64,000 bases of DNA, taken from assembly GCF_963921235.1 (NCBI RefSeq), contig NC_086097.1, forward strand, positions 138,448,001 through 138,512,000, written 5' to 3'. The notes under the pieces were generated by a model that was not told the DNA's origin, made no database searches, and saw only the letters and a list, made by a program, of their open reading frames with translations. Below are positions 11,590 through 23,311 of this stretch, piece by piece. The position numbers and the translations under genes are program-made. How positions within the stretch are numbered: position 1 is the stretch's first letter; each line of letters opens with the position of its first letter. The stretch is from Mobula hypostoma. Taxonomy: Eukaryota.

Positions 11590-11752
11590 TGTACTCTGCA
11601 TTGGCGATGAATGGGCTGAAAGGTCAAAGGCGATATTTGATTGACGGAGAGGAATGCGGGCTGAACCAATGAGCTGCGGCAGGAGGCGGGCTGTGTCCGC
11701 GGACAGAGCCTATTGATAAAGTTGCATTAGTTTGAATCCTTTCCTGGCCAGG
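11590..11752 (+). promoter_or_regulatory. EIF3E: EIF3E CpG-rich core promoter with TCT/5'TOP-type initiator
   Basis: ATTGG at 11600-11604, CCAAT at 11666-11670, GC box GGCGGG at 11685-11690, AT-rich TATTGATAAA at 11711-11720. CCTTTCC (11738-11744) fits the YCTYTYY TCT consensus, with its +1 C 14 nt before the ATG. CpG density is elevated to about 12110. Confidence 0.7.
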
Positions 11753-11842
11753 ATGGCGGACTACGATCTGACGATGCGAATTGCAAATTTCTTGGATCGC
11801 CACTTGGTTTTCCCGCTGCTCGAGTTCCTGTCGGTCAAAGAG
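11753..11842 (+). CDS. EIF3E: eIF3 subunit E (INT6), coding exon 1
   Basis: [30 protein letters not shown] matches the eIF3e N-terminus. Kozak context AGGATGG; donor AG|GTAAAG, phase 0. Confidence 0.97.
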
Positions 11843-13978
11843 GTAAAGGCGGAGGGTCCGGTCCACCCGCGTTGTCGATGTCTGTGTCGGGGTTCCCGGC
11901 ATCTGCAGCGCACCCACGTGAGGAGGTCTCCAGCCGGGGCCTAGTTTGAGCGTGGCCGCTGGGGGCCTGGGGAGGCACCGATTTCAACCCTCACCCCAAC
12001 CGTAACCCACCTGCCTCACACCCCTGTGCTAATCTACCGCACATCATCCGGGCTGGAGAATCGAGGGAGCGGAAGACACTGCTTCCCAAGCCTCGCGGGA
12101 GCGGGAGATACTGTCTTCCATTACCCCCCCCCCACCCACCCTATACTATAAACCTCCTCCCTTACTCTTTTCTACCACCTCCGCCATCCAGCACACGACT
12201 AACATTGATTTCTCTCTGTCATAAGCACACATCCTCTCCCTCCCCTACTCACTGCACATCTGGCCAGAGGGTTTAGGGCATCTGGTTCACCTCTTTCAGA
12301 ATCAGGTTTAATATCACTGGCATTGTCGTGAAATTTGTTGTATTTATAGCAACAATACATCATAATAGAAAAAAAACCTGTGAATTACAGTAAAAAGATA
12401 TACATATAATCGTAGAGCAAAAGTAAAAATAAAAAACGGTAGTGAGGTAGTGTTCATGAGTTTAATGTCCATTAAGAAATAGGATGGCAGAGGGGAAGAA
12501 ACTGTTCCTGAATCATTGAGTGTGTGCCTTCAGGTTTCTGTACCTCCTTCTAATGGTAGCAATGAAGGCAAGGCATGATCTGGTTAATGAGGGTCCATAA
12601 TGATGGCTGTTTTTTTTTTGCAATATTGGCTTGAAGATATCCTGGATACGATTGGAGGCTAGTGCCCATGACTAAGTTAGAACTCTCTGCAGCTATTTCG
12701 ATCCTGTGCAATGGCCTCCCCATACCAGACGGTGATGCAGCCCGTTAGAATGTTATCCACGGTACATCTGTAGAAATTTGCGAGTGTCTTTGGTGACATA
12801 CCAAATCACCTCAAACTTCTAATGAAGTGTATCCATTGTGCCTTCTTTGTAGCTGCATCAATATGTTGGGTCCAGGATTGATCCTCAGAGATATTGACAC
12901 CCAGGAACGTGAAATTACTCACTATTTTTCACTTTTGATAGCCCCATGAAGACTGGTGTGTGTTTCAACGCCTTGCCCTCTCTGAAGTTGATAATCAGTT
13001 CTTTGGTCTTACCGACATGGAGTCCAAGGATGTTGCTGCGAAACCACTTAACTACCTGATATATTTTGCTTCTGTATGCCTTTTCGTCACTTTCTGAAAT
13101 CCTGCCAACGATAGTTGTATCATTGGCAAATTTATAGATGGCATTTGAGCTGTGCCTCGCCACACAGTCATGGGTGTAGAGAGAGTAGAGCAGTGGGTTA
13201 AGCATACGTCCCTGAGGTACGCCAGTGTTGATTGTCAGCGAGGTGGAGTTGTTATTTCCAATCCGCACAGATTGTGGACTTCCGGTTAGGAAATTGAGGA
13301 TCCAGTTGCAGAAGGAGGTACGAAAGCCCAGCTTCTGGAACTTTTCAAACAGAAAGGTTGGAATGATTTTGTTAAGAACTGAGCTGTAGTCAATAAATAT
13401 AGTATTGATATAGTATTTGTGTTGTCAAGGTGATCCAAGGCTGCTTGAGGGCCAATGTGGTCACATCTATCATAGACCTATTGTGGTGAATTGCAGTGGA
13501 TTCAGGTCCTTGCTGAGACAGGAGTTAATTCCAGCCATTACCAACCTCTCAAAGCACTTCATTGCTGTAGATGTGAGTGCTACTGGACGATAGATGTTAA
13601 GGCAGCTCACCATGCTCTTTTTGGGTGCTGGTATAATTGTTGCTCTTTTGAAGCAGGTGGGAACTTATGACAGTAGCAATGAGAGATTAAAAATGTTTTT
13701 GAACCCCCCCCCCCCGCCAGTGTTTGGCACAGGTTTTCAGAACCCTACCAGGTACTCCATTGGGGCCTATCGCCTTGCAGGGGTTCACCCTCTTGAAAGA
13801 TGTTCTCTCTTTCAAAGCATGCATAAAATGCATTGAGCTCATCTAGAGTGAACCATCACTGCCATTCATGATGTTGGGCTTCACTTTGTAGGAAGCAGTG
13901 GCTTGCAAACCCTGCCAGAGTTGACCTGCATCTGATTCCGCCTCCAACTTTGGTTGGAATTATTCCTTTGCTCTTGAG

Positions 13979-14733
13979 CAGCGGTCCCCAACCACTGGGC
14001 GGCAAAGCATGTGCTACCGGGCCGCGAGGAAACGATATCAGTCAGCTGCACCTTTCCTCATTCCCTGTCACGCACTGTTGAATTGAACATAGGGTTGCCA
14101 ACTGTCCTGTGTTTGCTGGGACATCCCGTATATTGGGCTAAATTGGTTTGTCCCGTATTTCCCCCACTAAGGTAGAGCGTTCCTATGAAACCTTTCGTGC
14201 CGAAATGGCGTGAAGCAAAGAAGCAATTACCGTTCATTTATATGGGAAAAATTTTTGAGCGTTCCCAGACCCAAATAATTACCTACCAATCATACCAAAT
14301 AACACAAAACCGAAAATAACACTAAAATATAGTAAAAGCAGGAATGATATGATAAATACACAGCCTATATAAAGTAGAGATAATGTATGTACAGTATAAT
14401 TGGGAAGATGCAGGCAAAACCGATTTGTGGGGAAAAAATCAGCACATACGCGCATGCGCACATCACATGTGCAGGTCACGCATGCGCACACAGGTGCCCG
14501 TGCAAGGCTTCATGGTCATGGTAGTCTTTCCTGGGGTAAAGTGTCCCGGGATTTGACTGCTACTTTTGTCCCTTATTTGGGAGTGAGAAAGTTGGCAACC
14601 TGAACTGTAAAAGACATGTTGAGGTGAGTTTAACCCTACTTGGACCCCCACCCCCCCACCCCCGGTCGGCTGGTCTGCAAAATATTGTCAATATTAAACT
14701 GGTCAGCGGTGCAAAAAAGGTTGGGGACCCCTG
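13979..14733. mobile_element. hAT (Charlie-like) non-autonomous element with internal nested termini
   Basis: TIRs CAGCGGTCCCCAACC / GGTTGGGGACCCCTG. Perfect 8-bp TSD CTCTTGAG (13971-13978 and 14734-14741). Confidence 0.9.
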
Positions 14734-15627
14734 CTCTTGAGATAGCCTTCCGCAAATGGAACCTGGTTTTCTTGTACAGACTTGAGTGCCACAGATCTAG
14801 CCCAGAGACTACGAACCTTGCTCATCCATGACTTTTGATTTGGGTATGTACAGTACGTTCTCATGGACACACACTCATCCACACAGCTTTTAATGAAGTC
14901 AGTGACAGCTGTCATGTTCTTATTCAGACTCGAAGATGAATCCCTGAATACAATCCAGTTTACCAATTCAAAGCAGTGCTGTAAGCGCTCCTGTGCCTCC
15001 CTTGTCCGTACTTTCTTGGTGCTCACTACTGGTGCTGCAGTCTTCAGTCTCTGCCTATATTCGGGGAGTAGAAGTATAGCCAGGTGACCAGACTTTCCAA
15101 AGTGTGGGTGTGGGATAGCACAGTTGGTGCTCTTGATGGTGGTGTAACAGTGGTCCAGTGTGTTGGTTCCTCTTTTGTATTGTCCAGGTGATCCAAGGCT
15201 GCGTGAGAGCCAAAGGGATCACATCTGTCATAGACCTATTGTGGTGAATTGCAGTGGGTTCAGGTCCTTGCTGAGACAGGAGTTAATTCTAGCCATGACC
15301 AACCTCTCAAAGCACTTCATTGCCGAAGATGTGAGTGCTACTGGATGATAGACGTTAAGGCAGCTCACCATGGCAATAATTATTTTGAGGCTTTTTCAAG
15401 CTGACCTGGTTAAATCCCTCAAAATAATAGGGAAGGCATCAGGATGCACTGTTGCATACCTGTTGATTACATCGCTCATTTCATTTAGAGTCTGTTTTAC
15501 ACCGACCTGAGGGATGTATACCTCTACCATGGCAGATAAAATGGATGACAGTTGATCGCAAGATGTTCCAGGTTGGGTGAGCAGAACTGGGACAGCACCA
15601 CAACCTTTCTGCACCACAAGGAGTTGA

Positions 15628-16000
15628 TAGTCATAGTCATAAGTCATACTTTATTGATCCCGGGGGAAATTGGTTTTCGTTATAGTTGCACCATAAATAG
15701 TAATAGTAATATTACTATTAGTAACTAGTAATAGTCATGGAAATAATAAATAGTAATAGAATAGTAATAGAAAATAGTAATAAATAGTTAAATAGTAATA
15801 CGTAAATTATGCCAGTAAATTATGAAATAGTCCAGGACCAGCCTATCGGCTCAGGGTGTCCGACCCTCCAAGGGAGGAGCTGTAAAGTTTGATGGCCTCA
15901 GGCAGGAATGACTTCCTATGACGCTCTCTGCTGCATCTCGGAGGAATGAGTCTCTGGCTGACTGTACTCCTGTGTCCACCCAGTACATTATGTAGTGGAT
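15628..16000 (-). mobile_element. Rex1/Babar-like (CTATGA)n-tailed 3' fragment with expanded (AATAGT)n tract
   Basis: Homologous to 9956-10230; microsatellite-like AATAGT repeats at about 15695-15800. Confidence 0.75.
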
Positions 16001-17119
16001 CATAAAGCCTATTCCACCTCCTCTGCCTATGAAAGACTCAGCAGTCCTATCTTGGTGGTGTATTGAGAAACCGTCAAGCTGTATTGCTGCATCCGAAATT
16101 GTGGGGGATAACCAAGATTCCATGAAGCAAAAAACACAACACCTTTTAATGTCCCTCTGGTACAGCAATCTAGCTCTGAAATCTTCATCTTATTTACCAG
16201 ACACAGTCCGTTTGTTTGCCAGCAAGATGGCTTGTATTGGGAGTCGAAAGCTATGCTTAGTTGGACCAACTTTTAGACTAGAGCGGTATCCTTTCTTCCG
16301 CTGTCTTAAGGGGAACAGTGCCAGTCACCGGAGTCCATTCAAGTTTCGTGGACTTTGAGACCTTGGATGTAGTTGTGGTTATCAGTTGTTGCACACTGAA
16401 ACAGGAACATTTGATGGTTTCCATCGGAGCTGTTGGCACAAGTCACCTTCTTGGTGGCACTCCGGGAGTGGAAGGCATCAAGAAGTTGACACCCCCACCC
16501 ACCCAAACCCTGCCAATACTCTGTTTGGCCAGAGTGGGAGAGAATGATTTCAGCACACATGTACCGACACTTCCACACTTCTCCACCCCTTCTTCCTTTG
16601 CATATCTGGTTGGAAGCAATGGTAGACAATGGGACCCCCCCCCACCACTGATGAAACCTCTGCACCTCACTAAACTGTCCACTTCTTCTCCCACCCCAAC
16701 TCTCTCATCACAATGCTCTTTCCACTACATGTTACTGCTAGAAACCTGAGGAGCACAAGCTCTTAATTTCCCCTCCCCGCTCCCAACACTGCCCCTCAGG
16801 AGACAAAGCCCCTTCCCATTCCCCTATACCCTGCCAAAGGTCCTGCTGGAGGCCTAAGATGATTGCAGATTCTCAATGCCTCCCCCACTATCACATTTTC
16901 CCTCCCTACCACCTTATATTCCCACTCATCCGTCCCCTTGTGATCCTTTTTCCCCCACAACAAACAAATGTGCTAGAGGAACTCAGCTGGTCATGTTTTG
17001 GGTCAAAACCTACCATAGATGCTGCATAATCCATTGAGGTCCTCTAGCACATTGTTTGTTGTTCCAAATTCCAGCATCTGCAGTATCTGGAGACCCTCAC
17101 CCCCTCCTTCCCCAATTGC

Positions 17120-17705
17120 ACCAATTTTACAGGAGCATCATTGCATGTCCTGAGCAGCTGCATCACTGTCTGTTATGGGAATTGCAAGGCATCTGGATCA
17201 CAAGACCCCGCAAAGGAATACAAGGGCTGCTGAGAGCATCATTGGGGTCATTCTCTCACTCATCAAAGATACATGTCAGGAGACTGTGTATGCAGGGCTA
17301 TTAGCATTGTCAAGGATCCCTCCCATCTGTCCCACAATCTTTTTGACTCACTACCATTAGTCAGGACGTACTGTACCATTAGGACAAGAACTGTTAAGAT
17401 GGGATATAGCTTCTTCCCTACAGGCTGTGAGACCATTGAACTCCCTGCCACCACCCAGATCTCATCATGTATGAAATGCCAGCGGAGTTATACTATTTAC
17501 TTTTTGACTTGTATAGTAAATACACCTTGTGGTAAATGTCAATATTCAGGAATATATTTCATTATTTGTTAATTTATTTTTGGTAAAGTTACTTTGTTTT
17601 TTTTCTGTGTGGGTTATATGTACTGTGTAGTGCACCTTGGCCAGGAGGAGCATTGTTTCGTTTGCTGTTGTACATGTGTACAGCTGAATGACAATAAACT
17701 GAACT
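17120..17705 (+). mobile_element. Rex1/Babar-like LINE 3' fragment
   Basis: RAISIVKDPSHLSHNLFDSLP...SFFP motif; AATAAAC-TGAACT tail. Confidence 0.7.
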
Positions 17706-18989
17706 CGTGTGCCTCTCCTCCTACCCTCCCCCTCTAGTCATTCCAACCACAAAGGCTGCATCTTCCTATTCCCCACACAAGCCAATCTCTTTCCCCTTAC
17801 ACCCCTCTCAACCCTCCCCCCTGAGTCAAGTTCCACATCCTTAGGTGATTGTGATTTTTAAGGTAGGGGAAAAGATGTTAAAAGATCTGAATCTCTTATC
17901 ACCCTCAAGGCAGCAATGCCCTCACTCCACCCTGGTCCACAGTCCTTTTTTTTTTCAACCAGTACTCCAAAATGAGGTTTCTTCAGGCTCTTGCACATTC
18001 TTGGGGAGATTTGCTTTCACCTTGCATGAAGCCATTTGCAATAAATGTTAATGCTGGTTGCCTCCCAAATTGCTTGCTCTTCATGCATATCATGCAGCTG
18101 CAGATTAATGTGTCCCCATGCCTCAATATTTTCTGTTTTCCATAACAAATTATGACAGACACTAACAAACTGGAATAAAACAAATTATTGGGACTCCGCT
18201 GAAATAAAACTAGAAAATGTTGGGAAACACTCAGGAGGTCAAACTGCATAAGTGGAAAGAGAAACAAAATTAACAATTCTAATGAAGTTGTCTTTGATCT
18301 GAAACATTAAGTCAGTCTGTAGATACTGCATGTCTTGCTGAATATTTCCAGAATTTTCCCAGTTTATTTTACTGGAAATGCTCTGCAAGTTGGACTGCAT
18401 CTATGGAGAGAGAATCAGCATGAACCTTTCAAGTCAATGTTCTGTCATCTTATGGGGAGGAGAAAAACAAGTGGTAAGGGAAGGGCAGATCTGTGAGCTA
18501 GAGATCAGAAGTGATTGAATGACATGGGATTGTACTGGTTACAAGGGGATGGTGGAGGCAAGGGAGGGGCGTATCTGGGGAGATATAAATTGTAGGAAGC
18601 AATTGAAATCAGGTTTTAGCAGGAGGGCTGGCAGGGGTGCAGCTCTTAAGCGACACTGGAAGTGAGATTCAAGATGGGATAGAAATTAGAAAATATTGTC
18701 AATATTCTGGTTGTATAATGTATGCAGAGAGAGTCATTGTTCAAAGTTGATGACCTTTTCTCAGAATTAGGAAAACTTTGAAATCAAATATATTTTCATT
18801 TGCGGACAGAGATGGGATGGCAAACAAATAACATGTCAGTGATTGGTGGTCAAAAGAGACCAAATGATGGTACCATCCTAGAGAGTTTGGTCTTTGAATA
18901 TGATCAATATAGAAGAAATGGAATTAGCAAGTAACTGAAAACAGAGAGACTAGATAAAACTTAAAAAAATCAATGAAAAATGAAAATTG

Positions 18990-20470
18990 GTGAAAATAAT
19001 TGCTGTAGATGCTGAAAATATGAAGAAAATACTGGAAATAATTAGGACAGTTAGTGGTTTTGGAAGGACAAGTAGTTAATGTTCCTGGTTCATAACTTTT
19101 TGTTAGATATGTCCACCTTGATACAAACAGAAAGGGATGATTATCTGAAATTCTTGAGTTCTGAGGACTTTAGCCTGTCAATGGAAGGTGAAATGGTGTT
19201 TACATTGGGTTTTATTGGAAATGTAACATCGAACATAGAAATCTACAGCCATTACAGGCCCTTTGGCCCACAATGTTGTGCCGACCATGTAATTTACTCT
19301 AGAAACTGCCTAGAATTACCCTACTGCATAGTCCTTTTTTTTTCTAAGCTCCATGTACCTATCTAAGAGTCTCTTTAAAGACCCTATTGGATCCGCCTCC
19401 ACCATCGTTACCGGCAGTGCATTCTATGCACCCACCACTCTGTGTGGAAAAACTAACCCCTGACATCCCCTCTGTACCTGCTTCCCAGAATGAAGACCAT
19501 CATCCTCGACCTTGAGAGATAGCCATGACGACGACGAGCTACTTCCCAGCACCTTAAAACTATTCGTGTTAGCAATTTCAGCCCTGGGAAGAAAGCCTCT
19601 GGCTAGCCACATGATCAATGCCTTTCATCATCTAGTACACCTCTATCAGGACACCTCTTATCCTTCGTCGCTCCAGGGAGAAAAGGCCAGGTTCACTCAA
19701 CCTATTTTCATGAGGCACACTCTCCAATTCAGGCAACACCCTTGGAAATCTCCTCTGCACTGTCTTTATAGTATCCACATTCTTCCTGTAGTGAGGTGAC
19801 TGGAACTGAACACAGTACTCCAAGTGGGATCTGACCAAGGTTTTGTGTAGCTGTAACATTACCTCATGGCTCTTGAACTCAGTCCCATGGTTGATGAATG
19901 CCAACATGTCATACGCTTTCTTAACAACACTGTCAACCTGTACAGCAGCTTTGTGTGTCCTATGGACGCGGACCCCAAGATCTCTCTGATTCTCTACACT
20001 GCCACCATTCTACTTCTTCATCCAGATCTTTTATAAAAATCACAAAGAGGTGTGGCCCCAGAACAGTTCCCTGCAGAACTTCACTAGTCACTGACCTCTA
20101 TGCAGAATACGAACCATCTACAACCACCCTTTGCCTTCTGTGGGCAAGCCAATTCTGGATCCACAAAGCAAGGGTTCTTGGATCCATGCCTCCTTACTTT
20201 CTGAGTGAGCCTTGCATGGACAGCCTTTTCAAATGTCTTACTGAAATCCATATACACTACATCCACTGCTCTACCTTCATCAATGTGTTTGGTTACAGCC
20301 TCAAATAATTCTAACAAGCTCATAAGACACGAGCTGCCGTTGACAAAGCCATGCTGACTGTTGTGCAGCCATGCTGTGAGAGAGGTTGGTTATAATGAAG
20401 TACAGAGTGAAAGAGACAGGTAACTCAGAATCACCTTCGTCACTGAATGGATGTGTTCTGTTCAGTTTTA
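18990..20470 (-). mobile_element. Ancient Penelope 3' remnant split by a CR1 insertion
   Basis: pLTR-like GCTGTAGATGCTGAAAAT...ACTGGAAATA near 19000. Minus strand near 20410-20460 reads EHIHSVTKV, then (frameshifted) ELPVSFH, resembling the GIY-YIG tail EHLRSVRQRKQDLPVATYF. Confidence 0.5.
19225..20360 (-). mobile_element. CR1 LINE RT/3' fragment
   Basis: VDVVYMDFSKTFEK and LVRSHLEYCVQF...LFSLERRRIRG. Confidence 0.85.
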
Positions 20471-20704
20471 GTAGATGAAATATATTCAGTTCATCTATTC
20501 TACTAAAATGAAGAGTTTTATATCATCCTGCCATCTTATTGCAGTTTGCTGTCTGTGTACTTCCCATTTCTGTCTTGGTCCTTTCAGACATGTGTTGGGT
20601 CTTCAGCTGTTTGAATCCACTGACCAAAGAGATCGGAATAAGATTCCACCTGTATTCTCAAAGAGCAATTTGACAATTACTTCATTACTTTGAATAGTCG
20701 TCCA

Positions 20705-20890
20705 GCAGGTAGTGCAGCTGCCTCACAGCTCCCGTGGCCTGAGTTTGATCCTGATTTTGTGCACTGTTTGCGTGGAGTTTGCACATTGTTCTCATTTCCC
20801 CTAGATTCTTCAGATTCCTCATAGATGTCAAAGGTATACTGTTTGGGAGGTTAATTGGCTGTTGTAAATTCCCCTTAATAAGGTGATTAG
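20705..20890 (+). mobile_element. tRNA-derived V-domain SINE (HE1-like), decayed
   Basis: GCTGCCTCACAGCTCC...GAGTTTGATCC head, GTGGAGTTTGCAC V-domain, and GGTTAATTGGCTGTTGTAAATT. Confidence 0.6.
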
Positions 20891-21703
20891 TTGGAGAATT
20901 AGATGGTATTTGAACTATGCCTTGCCACACAGTCATGTGTGTATAGAGAGTAGAGCAGTGAGCTAAGCGCACACCCCTGAGGTGTGCCAGCGAGGAGGAG
21001 ATGTTATCACCAATCCACAGAGATTGTGGTCCTCCGGTTAGGAAGTTGAGAATCCAATTGCAGAGGGAGGTACAGAGGCCCAGGATCTGCAACACAATTA
21101 GAATAGTGTCAGTTAGCATTTCAGATAAAATAAATTCCAGGGAAAGGAACAGAATGTATGGAATTGCTTTGGGAGCGAGTGTAGATTTATTGGGCTGAAT
21201 GACTTGTCTCTGTCAAAAGTAAATGATTGTTAGGAAATATGAAAAAGCTGGGCTTTGGGAGTGCATTGAACAAATCTTTAGAGTCTCCATGGGCATGATG
21301 GGTTGAAGGAATTCCTATGCTGTAAAATTAAAAGATTGTGTGTATTGTTCAGAGCTGTAGATAATTTTTTCATTGGAGGGAGGGAGTAGTTATCACACAT
21401 GCTTTCTGCTCAACTGACTACAGAGATCACAGAGTGCTCAGATTTTCAGAAAGTCTCGTCTCTCTCACTCTTCACCATTTAATTTTACGCGTTGAATGTT
21501 GGTGTGCTTTTTAATTATGATGATTTCATTCAAGATTGCTGTGCAGAGCTAGAATTGGGCATTGTGGGTTATTTAGAATTAAGCTGTGGTCTGTACTGAA
21601 TTAGATGTAATGCTCAAAATGCGCCTGAGTTGAACACTGTGATGTTGTGTTTTTTTTAAGTTTTAAGGGTACTATACCTGCATTTGATATGTTTTAATTA
21701 TAG

Positions 21704-21821
21704 ATTTACAATGAAAAGGAGCTTCTCCAAGGGAAACTGGACCTACTCAGTGACACAAACATGGTTGACTTCGCTATGGATGTGTACAAAAACTTGTATC
21801 TTGATAAAGAGATTCCTCAAG
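21704..21821 (+). CDS. EIF3E: eIF3 subunit E, coding exon 2
   Basis: TAG acceptor; [39 protein letters not shown] plus 1 nt; donor AG|GTGAGT. 118 nt, in phase with exon 1. Confidence 0.97.
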
Positions 21822-21835
21822 GTGAGTTGTATATA

Positions 21836-22368
21836 TGTAACTTTTGCTTCGGCTAGCAGCTTAATATAGGGGGCGATAGCCCCTGGCCCAGCCAAACTTC
21901 TCATTTGGGTGGATGCTGCGCTGTGTCCCCTGTTACAAATCAGTACCCCGAAATAACAAACAGTACACAATATGTGATTAAATGATTAAGCTTTTTAATT
22001 CTTACTTTGACTATATGGTTAGTAAAGAAATGAAAAAAAAGAGAAAAAAGGGCCCAATCTTGTTAAACAGTCTGTTGCGCAATGTTGGGGCTCACTGATA
22101 AGTCGATCGTCCACCATCGACCTCCGAACGTCGCTGCCCTTTGGACCCTTGCTCCAAGTCCACCCCGTCCGGCGGTCTACCAACTCTCTCCATTCGTGTC
22201 TTCTCTCCTCATCTCTCCCCGGCAAAAGACTGTGAAAATCTCTCTTCCAGCTCACAAGAAAGAACAACAGCACCCCAAACCCCTTTATCTCCAGTCATAA
22301 CCCAAACATTGCTGCTACAGAGATACCTTACAGCATGTTACACAGCAGTGAAATCCTACAGTGTTACA
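21836..22368 (-). mobile_element. Solo LTR (Gypsy), related to LTRs at 39682 and 42935
   Basis: TGTAAC...GTTACA termini; TATA duplicated at 21832-21835 and 22369-22372; 533 bp; reverse-complement similarity to 42935-43467. Confidence 0.88.
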
Positions 22369-22784
22369 TATAATGTATATTTTTCAGGACATATAATGTC
22401 ACAATTCATAAGCATCATTTACAGCTTGTCGTGAAGGAATATGTTGGTGTGGATCCAAAACTCATTGCAATTTTGTATTTAGAGTCATACAGCATGGAAT
22501 CAGGCCCTTTGACATAAGTTGATGCCCAGCTAGGATTCACATTTAAGGTTGTCCTGTTTGCCACATTTGGCCCCAAACCAGGGGTTCCCAACCTTTTTTA
22601 TGACATGGGGCCTTACCGTTAACCGAGGGGTCTGTTGACCCCAGAATGGGCACCCCCAATCTAAGCCTTTTCTTTCCATTTTATGTTTTTGGGCCCCATA
22701 TTTTAGACAGGATGTGCTGGCATTGGAAAAGGTTCAGAGGAGTTTTGTGTGAATGATTCTGCAAACATTAGGATTAATGTGTGA

Positions 22785-23311
22785 ATTTAAAAACGCGAAC
22801 ACAAGGAAATCTGCAGATGCTGGAATTTCAAGCAACACACATAAAAATTGCTGGTGAACGCAGCAGGCCAGGCATCATCTCTAGGAAGAGGTACAGTCGA
22901 TGTTTCGAGCCGAGACCCTTCGTCAGGACTAACTGAAAGAAGAGCTAGTAAGAGATTTGAAAGTAGGAGGGGGAGATCTGAAATGATAGGAGAAGACAGG
23001 AGGGGGAGGGATGGAGCCAAGAGCTGGGCAGGTGATTGGCAAAAGGGATATGAGAGGATCATGGGACAGGACGCCTAGGGAGAAAGAAAGGGGGAGGGGG
23101 GAAACCCAGAGGTTGGGGAAGGAGTATAGTGAGAGGAACAGAGGGAGAAAAAAATTAATAATAAATAAATAACGGATGGGGTACGAAGGGGAGGTGGGGC
23201 ATTAACGGAAGTTAGAGAAGTCAGTGTTCATGCCATCAGGTTGGAGGCTGTACCTCTTCCTATAGATGCTGCCTGGTTTGCTGCGTTCACCAGCAATTTC
23301 TATGTGTGCTA
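22785..23311 (-). mobile_element. Penelope-like 3' end (pLTR) with an inverted pLTR piece at its truncated 5' side
   Basis: SLQPDGMNTDFSNFR* plus pLTR on the minus strand; + strand pLTR piece at 23248-23311; 13-bp TSD GATTAATGTGTGA (22772-22784 and 23312-23324); sits in a CR1 remnant. Confidence 0.9.
22895..22930 (-). ncRNA. Minimal hammerhead ribozyme, near-intact
   Basis: AGTC-CTGACGA-AGGGTCTCGGCTC-GAAA-C-ATC-GACT. Both core boxes are intact; a CpG-type G>A change breaks the stem III palindrome. Confidence 0.7.

Larger units (their letters stand above)
12296..16450 (-). mobile_element. Long decayed Rex1/Babar-like LINE (APE + RT), interrupted
   Basis: Fragments [21 protein letters not shown]...[22 protein letters not shown]...YPNQKSWM and CFMESWLSP...RGGG; tail repeat at 12296. 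Confidence 0.85.

Noticed and set aside
11732..11944. 70-aa ORF as a complete gene
   Set aside because: Only 11753-11842 matches eIF3e; the rest reads through a GT donor into intron 1.
15695..15800. CRISPR-like or functional tandem array
   Set aside because: Simple AATAGT microsatellite expansion within a LINE 3' UTR in eukaryotic DNA; no spacers.
21684..21869. ORF-track peptide over exon 2
   Set aside because: Wrong frame; the eIF3e frame starts at 21704.
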